Shown here: positions 9,296-17,256 of the stretch, piece after piece
How the letters are laid out: every line of letters begins with the position of its first letter
Numbering within the stretch: the first letter of the stretch is position 1
Source of the DNA: Methylorubrum extorquens
GTDB lineage: Bacteria; Pseudomonadota; Alphaproteobacteria; Rhizobiales; Beijerinckiaceae
Assembly: GCA_900234795.1 (NCBI GenBank)
Contig: LT962688.1
Coordinates: 270,001 to 302,000 of the forward strand
DNA length: 32,000 nucleotides
Direction: 5' to 3'
Program-made: the position numbers and the translations under genes
Notes under the pieces: model-generated
Seen by the model: the letters and a program-made list of their open reading frames with translations, nothing else
Told to the model about the DNA's origin: nothing
The model's database searches: none

Positions 9296-9297
9296 CT

Positions 9298-11769
9298 ATG
9301 CGCTCGCCACTCCGGGCGCCGGCCGCGATGCCGCTCGCCATCCTGGCCCTGACGCTCGCGTGCCTCGGCCTCGTCGCCGCGACGAGCGGCTACAGCCACT
9401 TCGTCATCGCCCTCGTGGCACTCACGGTGGTGGCCGGAACCGGGCTCAACGTCCTGCTCGGGCTCGCCGGCCTGATCTCATTCGGCCATGCCGGGTTCTA
9501 CGCGCTCGGCGCCTATGCGAGCGCGATCCTGACGCTCAAGGGCGTGAGCTTCTGGCTGGCGCTTCCGGCCGCGGCCGGGCTCTCCGCCCTCGTCGGCGCG
9601 GCGCTCGCCGTGCCGGCGATGCGGGTGCGTGGGCCCTACCTCGCGATGGTGACGATCGCCTTCGGCTTCCTCGTCGAGCACGCGCTGATCGAGGGCGGGG
9701 AACTGACCGGCGGGCAGAACGGCCTCGTGGTCGCCACCGGCCCGAGCCTGTTCGGCCTCCCCCTCGGCGAGCGCGACCTCGCATGGCTTGCGGTGATCTC
9801 AGCGGGCCTCAGCCTCTACGGCTTCCACCGGCTGCGCCATGCCCGTCTCGGCCAGGCTTTGCGCGCGGTGCGCGACGCCGATGTTGCCGCCGCCTCGCTC
9901 GGCTTCGATCCGGTCCGGGTGAAGACCGCCGCCTTCGCGATCTCCGCGGCGCTGACCGGGCTCGCGGGCGCGGTGCTGCCGCCGCTGATGCTGTTCATCG
10001 CGCCGAGTTCGTTCCCGTTCACGCAGTCGATCCTGTTCGTCCTTGCGGTCGTGGTCGGCGGGGCCGGCACCGTGCTCGGGCCCCTGTTCGGCGCGCTGGT
10101 GACGGTGCTCCTCCCCGAGGCGCTGGCGGGGCTGGCCGAGTACCGGCTGCTGTTCTTCGGCTTGACCACCCTGGTGGTGCTCTGGCTCGTGCCGGCGGGC
10201 ATCGTCGGCAGCCTGGCCCGGCTGCTACCGCGGGGTGGCGGAACGCGCTCGGAGCCGGGAGCCGAGGCGCCGGATTTCCTGCACCGGACCGGGGGCGCGC
10301 CGCTCGCCGTCGAGGGTCTCGGCATCGCCTTCGGCGGGATCCGGGCGGCGGACGGCGTCGCCTTCGAGGCGCGGCCCGGCGCCATCACCAGCGTCATCGG
10401 CCCGAACGGCGCCGGCAAGACCACCGTTCTCAACATGATCTCGGGCTTCTATCGGCCGAGCGCCGGCACGATCCGCCTCGGTGAGCGCGAACTCGCCGGG
10501 AGGCCAGCCCACGCCATCGCCCGCGCCGGCATCGCCCGCACCTACCAGACGACCCGGCTGTTCGGCTCGCTCAGCGTCGTCGAGAACGTGATCCTCGCCC
10601 GCGCCCCTGGGCGTCTGCTGCGCCGGGCGCAAGCGCGGGACCGGCAGGATGCGGCGGCCCTGCTCGCCTTCGTCGGCTATGCCGGCGCCCTCGACCGTCC
10701 GGCCTCCGAACTGCCCCATGTCGACCGGCGGCTGGTGGAGATCGCCCGCGCGCTGGCCGGGTCCCCGAAAGTGCTGCTCCTCGACGAGCCGGCCGCCGGC
10801 CTCGCCAGGGCCGAGACCGACCGCCTCGGCGTGCTGCTGCGCCGGATCGCGGCCTGCGGCATCGCGGTGATCCTCGTCGAGCACGACATGCCGCTGGTCA
10901 TGGGCGTGTCCGACCGCATCCTCGTCATGGATGCCGGCCGCCCGATCGCCCGCGGCACCCCCGCCGAGGTGCGCCGCGACCCCGCCGTGCTGCGAGCCTA
11001 TCTCGGCGCCGCCGAGACCCCGGCCCGGCCGCGGTCCGCGCCCTGGAGCGGTCCGGCCGACGCAGTCCTCTCCGCTCACGGCCTGCGCGCGGGCTACGGC
11101 GCCGCGCCCGTCCTCGACGGCATCGCCCTCGCGGTGCGGCCGGGCGAGACCGTGGCTTTGCTCGGCTCGAACGGGGCCGGCAAATCGACGGTGATGCGCT
11201 CGCTCGCGGGCCTGCTACGCCCAGTCGAGGGCTCGGTGGTGCTGGCGGACACGCCCGTCGCGGCGCTGCCGGCGCACAAGATCGCGCGGCTCGGCCTCGC
11301 TTTGGTGCCCGAAGGGCGCCAGGTCTTTCCCGAACTCACCGTCGTCGAGAACATCCGCCTCGGCGCCTGGAGCCGCGGCGGCCGGGTCGATCCGGCCGAG
11401 GTCGAGGCCTTGCTCGACCGCTTTCCGCGCCTGCGCGAGCGGGCGGGCAGCCGCGCCGGCCTGCTCTCGGGCGGGGAGCAGCAGATGCTGGCGATCGCCC
11501 GCGGGATGATGGCGCATCCACGCATCCTCCTGCTCGACGAGCCCTCCCTCGGGCTCGCCCCGGCGATCATCAACAGCCTCTACGCGACCGTGGCCGAGTT
11601 GCGCGACCAGGGCACGACGATCCTCATCGTCGATCAGATGGCCGCGCTGGCGCTGACCGTGGCCGACCGCGGCTACGTCCTGGAGCAGGGGCGCGTCGCC
11701 GCGGAGGGCACGGCAGAGGAGCTCAAGGCGGACGAGGCCCTTGAAGCTGCCTATCTCGGGGCGGCGTGA
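9298..11769 (+). CDS. single-polypeptide fusion: LivM-like permease + LivG-like ATPase + LivF-like ATPase
   Basis: In-frame part of track ORF 8701..11769, with ATG at 9298, 2 nt after the LivH stop. There is no stop codon for 823 codons.
- Residues ~1-310 are polytopic (GLISFGHAGFYALGAY).
- NBD1 has GPNGAGKTT / LLLDEPAAGL / VEHDM.
- NBD2 has GSNGAGKST / LSGGEQQMLAIARGM / LLLDEPSLGLAP. Confidence 0.85.
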   Translation: MRSPLRAPAAMPLAILALTLACLGLVAATSGYSHFVIALVALTVVAGTGLNVLLGLAGLISFGHAGFYALGAYASAILTLKGVSFWLALPAAAGLSALVGAALAVPAMRVRGPYLAMVTIAFGFLVEHALIEGGELTGGQNGLVVATGPSLFGLPLGERDLAWLAVISAGLSLYGFHRLRHARLGQALRAVRDADVAAASLGFDPVRVKTAAFAISAALTGLAGAVLPPLMLFIAPSSFPFTQSILFVLAVVVGGAGTVLGPLFGALVTVLLPEALAGLAEYRLLFFGLTTLVVLWLVPAGIVGSLARLLPRGGGTRSEPGAEAPDFLHRTGGAPLAVEGLGIAFGGIRAADGVAFEARPGAITSVIGPNGAGKTTVLNMISGFYRPSAGTIRLGERELAGRPAHAIARAGIARTYQTTRLFGSLSVVENVILARAPGRLLRRAQARDRQDAAALLAFVGYAGALDRPASELPHVDRRLVEIARALAGSPKVLLLDEPAAGLARAETDRLGVLLRRIAACGIAVILVEHDMPLVMGVSDRILVMDAGRPIARGTPAEVRRDPAVLRAYLGAAETPARPRSAPWSGPADAVLSAHGLRAGYGAAPVLDGIALAVRPGETVALLGSNGAGKSTVMRSLAGLLRPVEGSVVLADTPVAALPAHKIARLGLALVPEGRQVFPELTVVENIRLGAWSRGGRVDPAEVEALLDRFPRLRERAGSRAGLLSGGEQQMLAIARGMMAHPRILLLDEPSLGLAPAIINSLYATVAELRDQGTTILIVDQMAALALTVADRGYVLEQGRVAAEGTAEELKADEALEAAYLGAA

Positions 11770-12704
11770 CGGTGCACGCGCTCCACAACAACAGGATCGA
11801 GACCATCCCCGTGACGACATCGGCGCCGCCCCCTGCCGGCCATGGCCGCTACGCCTATTCCGCCCTGCCGGACCGCCCGGTCTACGACTGGCCTGAGGGC
11901 AAGCGCCTCGCGGTCTACCTCGCGCTCAACCTCGAAACCTTCGAGTTCGGTGACGGCCTCGGCGCCGAACTGGCTCCGGGCGGCCCCCAGCCGGACGTGC
12001 TGAACTATGCATGGCGCGATTGGGGCAACCGGGTCGGCGCGCGGCGCATCCGCGACATGCTCGACGACCTGCGGATGCCGGCGAGCATCCTCGTCAACAG
12101 CCGGATCTACCGGGACTGTCCGGGCCTGATCGAGGCCTTCCGCGCCCGGGGCGATGAGATCGTCGGGCATGGGCGCAGCAATGCCGAGCGGCAGGGCACC
12201 CTCTCGGAATCCGAGGAGCGCGCCCTCATCGCCGAGGCCACCGCCGTGCTGACGCGGGAGGAGGGCAGGGCGCCCGCGGGCTGGCTCGGCCCCTGGATCT
12301 CGCAGTCGCGGGTCACGCCGGATCTGCTGGCCGAGGCAGGCTACCGCTACCTGCTCGACTGGTGCCACGACGACCAGCCGACATGGTTCGCGACGCGCAA
12401 CGGCGGGCGCATCCTTTCGGTGCCCTATCCGCAGGAACTCAACGACATCCCCGCGATCGTCGCCCGCAAGGACACGGGACGCGCCTTCGCCGAGGCGATC
12501 ACCGACGCCTTCGAGGAGATGCTGGAGCAGTCGCGCCGCGCGCCGCTGGTCATGGGCATCGCGCTCCACCCCTACATCGTCGGCCAGCCGCACCGCTTAC
12601 GTCCCCTGCGGCAGGCGCTCGAACGGATCGCAGGGCATCGCGACACGGTCTGGCTCACCACGGCCGGCGCGATCGCGGCGCACGCCGCCGAGTTGCCGGA
12701 GTAG
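11766..12704 (+). CDS. polysaccharide deacetylase family protein (PuuE/allantoinase-like carbohydrate-esterase-4 fold)
   Basis: 312-aa ORF whose GTG start at 11766 overlaps the upstream stop (GTGA). Pattern: KRLAVYLALNLETFEFG...VLNYAWRDWGNRVG...GDEIVGHG...GWLGPWISQS..TPDLLAEAGYRYLLDW..DDQP...LHPYIVGQPHR. Confidence 0.8.
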   Translation: MTVHALHNNRIETIPVTTSAPPPAGHGRYAYSALPDRPVYDWPEGKRLAVYLALNLETFEFGDGLGAELAPGGPQPDVLNYAWRDWGNRVGARRIRDMLDDLRMPASILVNSRIYRDCPGLIEAFRARGDEIVGHGRSNAERQGTLSESEERALIAEATAVLTREEGRAPAGWLGPWISQSRVTPDLLAEAGYRYLLDWCHDDQPTWFATRNGGRILSVPYPQELNDIPAIVARKDTGRAFAEAITDAFEEMLEQSRRAPLVMGIALHPYIVGQPHRLRPLRQALERIAGHRDTVWLTTAGAIAAHAAELPE

Positions 12705-12784
12705 CGGCGCCGTGCGGCCGGCCTCAGGCATCCCCGGGCGGCGGTCTCTCGCTCCGACCGTGCGGACGCCCTGGAGACCCGGTC

Positions 12785-14494
12785 ATGGATCGTAGCGAAA
12801 GCCCTTACCATCCCGCGTCGGCCGGTTCGCGGCGCGCACTTCTCCTGACCTCTGCGGCTGCCCTGGGGGCGACGACCATGCCGAGCCGTCTCTTCGCCGA
12901 AGCGAGCGCCCCGCGCGGCGCTCTCGCCCAGTCCCGCCAGGGCATGGTGACGAGCCCGCACGAACTCGCCAGCGAAGCCGGGCGGGAGGTGCTGCGGGGG
13001 GGCGGCAATGCCATCGAGGCGGCGATCGCCATCAACGCCACCCTCTGCGTGACCTACCCGCATTTCTGCGGTCTGGGCGGTGACGCGTTCATGATCGTCA
13101 GCGATCGCAACGGCGCCAGCTTCACCCTGTCCGGCATCGGCCAGGCGGCGGCGAAGCTGCCGGAGGACGGCCAGCCGATCCCGCTGCGCGGACCCGGATC
13201 GGCGATCACCGCCGCGGCCGCCGTCGATACCTGGGAGCAAGCCTTCACCTACAGCCAGCGGGCCTGGGGCGGGCGGCAATCCTGGAAGGGGCTATTCCAG
13301 CGCGCGATCACCTATGCGGCAGAGGGCTTTCCCCTGACGCCGTCGCAGCGCTTCTGGGCGAACTTCCGCGCCAAGGAGATCGGCAACTGGCCCGATATCG
13401 TGCGCGTGTTCACCGCCGCAGGCCGCATCCCGGAGGCCGGGGAGATGTTTCGGCAGCCCGACCTCGCCCGCACGCTGACGACGCTCGCGGAGAATGGTGG
13501 CCGCGACTTCTACGAGGGCGAGTTGGCCCATCGGATCGCGCACGGCCTGCAACAGGCGGGCTCCCCCCTGATGGCGGACGACCTCGCCCGCTGCCGCGCG
13601 CGCAACGAAAGCGCGCTGCGCGTGCCCTACCGGGGCGGGCAGCTCATCAGCCTGCGCCCGCCGACACAGGGCCTCACCACCCTTGAGATTATGGGTGTTC
13701 TCGACCGCTTCGACGTGGCTTCCATCCCCGAGGGCAGCGCCGATTACTACCACCTCCTCGTCGAAGCGGTGAAGCTGGCCTTCATCGACCGCAACCGCTT
13801 CATCGCCGATCCCGATTTCGTCGATGTGCCCGTCGAGCGGCTGCTATCGGCCCCGCACCTCGATGCGCAGGCCCGGAGCATCGGTCCGCGCAAGGCTGCG
13901 CCCTGGCCCGATGTCTTCAAGACCGGTGATACCGTCTTCATCGGAGCGGCCGACCGGGACGGCAATTGTGTCAGCCTGCTGCAGACGGTCTATTTCGATT
14001 GGGGCAGCGGCGTCGTCGCGGGCGATACCGGCATCCTCTGGCACAATCGCGGTGCGTCCTTCAGCGTGGACGCCAACAGCATCAACGTGCTGCGGCCCGG
14101 AAAGCGTCCGTTCCACACGCTCAATCCCGGCATGTATTTCAAGAACGGCCGTCCGAACTTGTTGTACGGCACGCAGGGCGCAGATGGGCAACCACAGACC
14201 CTGTCGGCGGTGCTGACGCGCCTGATCGATTACGGGATGGATCCCCTCACCGCCCTCGCGCGCCCTCGGTTCCTTCTGGGCAAGACCTTCTCGGACAGCC
14301 GCGACAGCCTAAAGCTCGAACTCGATGCGGGTCAGGCCGTGTTCGAAGAGCTGAAGGCGCGAGGGCACGAGATCAGCCCCATTCCCGCCCAGAGCCCCCT
14401 GGCCGGCCATCCCGGCGCAATCCGCATCGAGGATGACGGCCGCTTCGTCGGCGCCCACGATCCGCGCAGTGATGGCTTGGCTCTCGGCCTTTGA
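12785..14494 (+). CDS. gamma-glutamyltransferase family (Ntn-hydrolase) protein with twin-arginine signal
   Basis: In-frame part of track ORF 12362..14494, ATG at 12785. Tat-like N-terminus (GSRRALLLTSAAALGATT). GGT pattern: GMVTSPHELASEAGREVLRGGGNAIEAAIAINATLCV..P..CGLGGDAF...GDTVFIGAADRDGNCVSLLQT...FHTLNP. Confidence 0.85.
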   Translation: MDRSESPYHPASAGSRRALLLTSAAALGATTMPSRLFAEASAPRGALAQSRQGMVTSPHELASEAGREVLRGGGNAIEAAIAINATLCVTYPHFCGLGGDAFMIVSDRNGASFTLSGIGQAAAKLPEDGQPIPLRGPGSAITAAAAVDTWEQAFTYSQRAWGGRQSWKGLFQRAITYAAEGFPLTPSQRFWANFRAKEIGNWPDIVRVFTAAGRIPEAGEMFRQPDLARTLTTLAENGGRDFYEGELAHRIAHGLQQAGSPLMADDLARCRARNESALRVPYRGGQLISLRPPTQGLTTLEIMGVLDRFDVASIPEGSADYYHLLVEAVKLAFIDRNRFIADPDFVDVPVERLLSAPHLDAQARSIGPRKAAPWPDVFKTGDTVFIGAADRDGNCVSLLQTVYFDWGSGVVAGDTGILWHNRGASFSVDANSINVLRPGKRPFHTLNPGMYFKNGRPNLLYGTQGADGQPQTLSAVLTRLIDYGMDPLTALARPRFLLGKTFSDSRDSLKLELDAGQAVFEELKARGHEISPIPAQSPLAGHPGAIRIEDDGRFVGAHDPRSDGLALGL

Positions 14495-14801
14495 CCAGAA
14501 TGCTGGTTGCGTCGACGGCGGCGCGTCAACGAGTACAGGCGACATTTGGGATGGCGCTGGATGGAGAATGATCAACTAGTGCCGGGTGGAAGACGACACG
14601 CTTGTAACCCGGAAATCAATGGTGTGCAGCGGGACGTGTCGTAGCCTGTCACCGCGGATATTTATGCCAGGACCGGAATCGATGATTCCAGGCTCAAACG
14701 CATGAAGATGTCGAAGGAAAAAAACGGCTCAACAATCTTGCTGTCGCTTACCCCGTCACCGGTCCAGTAAGTATTCGATTGGTTGAGTGTCTGGGGGAGT
14801 T

Positions 14802-14877
<76 letters not shown>

Positions 14878-15072
14878 TAAGCCTCGGTGAGGAGGCTGGA
14901 CCGCCGGGCCACCAATCCCGTTCGGTGGCGGCGGATTAGCAACGGGCGGACGGCCTGTCCAGCCCCTTCCGAAAAGTTTTCCGACAAAGTGCCGCCGGGA
15001 TCGCTCGTCCCGTGCGGCCCCACGGGCGCGCCAGCGCGTGACGGGCGGCATCGTCTCGGGTAAAGCGCGGGA

Positions 15073-16002
15073 ATGAGCCTTTCGCGCGCCTTGAGAATCG
15101 GAACCCGCGGCAGCCCGATGGCGCTGGCCCAGACCGGCATGGTCCGTGATCGGATCGTGGCGGCCAATCCGGGATTGGAGACGGAAATCGTCGTCGTCTC
15201 GACCGTGGCCGACCGCGTGCTCGATCGGCCGCTCTCCGAGATCGGCGGCAAGGGCCTATTTACCAAGGAACTCGAACAGGCGCTGTTTGCCGACGAGATC
15301 GATGTCGCCGTCCACTCGATGAAGGACGTGGAGACCTGGCTGCCCGACGGGCTCGCCATCGCCTGCATCCTCGAACGCGATGATCCGCGCGACGCCTTCC
15401 TCAGCGCGAATGGGGCCAACGGCTTGGCCGACCTGCCCCCCGGTGCACGGGTCGGCACCTCCTCGCTCAGGCGTGGAGCGCAGGTGCTGATGCACCGGCC
15501 CGATCTCACCATCGTGCCCCTGCGCGGCAATGCCAACACCCGGATGCGCAAGCTGGAGGCGGGGGAGTGCGACGCCACGCTGCTGGCGCTCGCCGGCCTT
15601 CAGCGCCTCAGGATGGCCGAGGTCGCCCGCAGCGTATTGTCGGTGGAAGAGATGCTCCCGGCCGTGGCGCAGGGCGCACTCGGCATCGAGTGCCGGGCCG
15701 GCGATGACGCGATTCGGGCGCTGCTGGCGCCCGTCGCCTGCGCCACTACGACGACGGCACTCGACGCGGAACGCGGGCTCCTTGCCGAACTCGACGGCTC
15801 GTGCCGCACACCCATCGCGGCGCTCGCGCAGGTGAGCGGGGATCGCATCAGCCTCGACGGGTTGCTGTTCCTGCCGGATGGCAGCCGCCACTGGGCGGTC
15901 CAGCGCGAGGGACTGGCCGCGGATGCCGGCGCGATCGGCCGCGATGCCGGGGCCGAGCTGAAGCGGGCGGCGGGCGACGTCTACTTCGCCCACCTTAAGT
16001 AG
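15073..16002 (+). CDS. hemC: hydroxymethylbilane synthase (porphobilinogen deaminase)
   Basis: 309-aa ORF: LRIGTRGSPMALAQT......EIGGKGLFTKELEQALFADEIDVAVHSMKDVET...RGNANTRMRKL; classic HemC. Confidence 0.95.
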   Translation: MSLSRALRIGTRGSPMALAQTGMVRDRIVAANPGLETEIVVVSTVADRVLDRPLSEIGGKGLFTKELEQALFADEIDVAVHSMKDVETWLPDGLAIACILERDDPRDAFLSANGANGLADLPPGARVGTSSLRRGAQVLMHRPDLTIVPLRGNANTRMRKLEAGECDATLLALAGLQRLRMAEVARSVLSVEEMLPAVAQGALGIECRAGDDAIRALLAPVACATTTTALDAERGLLAELDGSCRTPIAALAQVSGDRISLDGLLFLPDGSRHWAVQREGLAADAGAIGRDAGAELKRAAGDVYFAHLK

Positions 16003-16017
16003 TCTCCTTCCATTCCG

Positions 16018-16048
16018 AATCCGCTTGATCCCCCTGGGATTGCGGATT
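16018..16048. terminator. hairpin between convergent hemC and the GSCFA gene (possible bidirectional terminator)
   Basis: AATCCGC-TT-GATCCC-CCT-GGGAT-T-GCGGATT: a nested inverted repeat read directly, followed by TTTGGG. The U-tract is weak. Confidence 0.4.
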
Positions 16049-16147
16049 TGGGCCTCGGCGGGATCCCGTCGTGTCGGCACGATGGGTCGCCTCTCGCGCC
16101 GCGCGGGCTGAGCGCTCGCTTCCCGCTCGGATCGAGCGGAACGCCGA

Positions 16148-17209
16148 TCAGGCGAGGCTGCGCTCGATCGTCTCCTCGTCGCAGATGACACCCGCGGTGC
16201 CGGCGAATTCCGCTTCGCTGTCGTGGGAGGGCTGCGGCTCCGGTTTCTCGGCCGAACCGGGGGCGAAGCTCGCCATGAAAGCGCGCATCACGTGGGCGAC
16301 GCCGGCCTCGGCGATGCCGCGCTGGTCTTCCTCGTAGTAGCGCCCGCCGTTGGTGTGGCTCGTGATGATCTCGTAGGACGGGAAGTAGACGAGGCGCGGA
16401 TCGTTGCGTTCACAGACCTCCCCGGCGGCGGCCCGCAGCACCGCCTTCGAGTGCGCGTTGGCGACGAGCACGTGCTGATCGCGATAGGTCGCGATCAGCG
16501 GCACCGGCGAGACGGTGAGGATGACCCGTGCCGCCGCATTCACGCTCCAGAGCCGATCGAGGAACCCGTTGACGTCGGCGATCACCTCAGCCGTGCCCGC
16601 ATTGACGAAGGCGACCTCCTGCGGATCGAATTGCCCACCCGCGACCCCCGGCGCGAGGGAGAGCGCCGCCCCGTCGGCGCGGCAACGCCAGCCCTCGGTG
16701 AGGCCGAGCGTCACGACCAGCACGTCGAGGCTCTCGAAAAGGTCGCGCACCCGGCCGAGATGGGTTTCGCGGGCTTCGATCACTGCGGCCTCGTCGGCGA
16801 AGCCATCGGGTTCGATGGTCGGGCGGAACGGATCGACGAGGCGTCCATCCTCGCGCTGCCACGTCTTGAGCTGCGGATCGAAGGCACCGAAGGCCCGGTC
16901 GAAGAGCTGCACGAACTGGCGCGGGCCGTAGAGATTGCCGTAACGCGCCGAGAAGGTGCCGAACTGACGCGCGGTCGCCTCGGCCTCGCTCAACCCATCG
17001 GGCGCGGTTTCCGTGACGTGGTATCGGAATCCGCCGCGGGCCAGCGCCTGCGAGACGCGCTGCGCGAAGCAGGAGCCGGCGGTCGCGACGCGGTCGGTGC
17101 GGGCGATGCGAAAGGTCTCGCGCGGACCCGGATCGAGGGCGAAGGGCGGCACACCCGCCACCGCCTTGCGCCAGAAGCGCTCGGCCGGTAGATCGCGGTA
17201 AGGGTTCAT
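16148..17209 (-). CDS. GSCFA-domain protein (uncharacterised, SGNH-hydrolase-like family)
   Basis: In-frame part of track ORF 16148..17233(-), ATG at 17209 (MNPYRDLPAERFWRKAV...). It contains the literal family motif RVATAGSCFAQ. Confidence 0.85.
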   Translation of the reverse strand: MNPYRDLPAERFWRKAVAGVPPFALDPGPRETFRIARTDRVATAGSCFAQRVSQALARGGFRYHVTETAPDGLSEAEATARQFGTFSARYGNLYGPRQFVQLFDRAFGAFDPQLKTWQREDGRLVDPFRPTIEPDGFADEAAVIEARETHLGRVRDLFESLDVLVVTLGLTEGWRCRADGAALSLAPGVAGGQFDPQEVAFVNAGTAEVIADVNGFLDRLWSVNAAARVILTVSPVPLIATYRDQHVLVANAHSKAVLRAAAGEVCERNDPRLVYFPSYEIITSHTNGGRYYEEDQRGIAEAGVAHVMRAFMASFAPGSAEKPEPQPSHDSEAEFAGTAGVICDEETIERSLA

Positions 17210-17256
17210 CGCCTGATCCGATCCTGCACGCATGCCCGCGAGAGGCCGCGCGCCGC

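Noticed and set aside
8701-9297. N-terminal extensions of track ORFs: 8701-9297 on the ABC fusion, 12362-12784 on GGT, 19659-20297 on cpoB, 22105-22485 on ftsH, 6979-8178 on the SnoaL-like gene, 27956-28111 on porin 2.
   Set aside because: - The extensions overlap upstream genes or, for porin 2, a perfect terminator.
- They are Arg/Pro-rich.
- Each precedes an internal start with an SD and a sensible N-terminus (signal peptide or conserved first residues).
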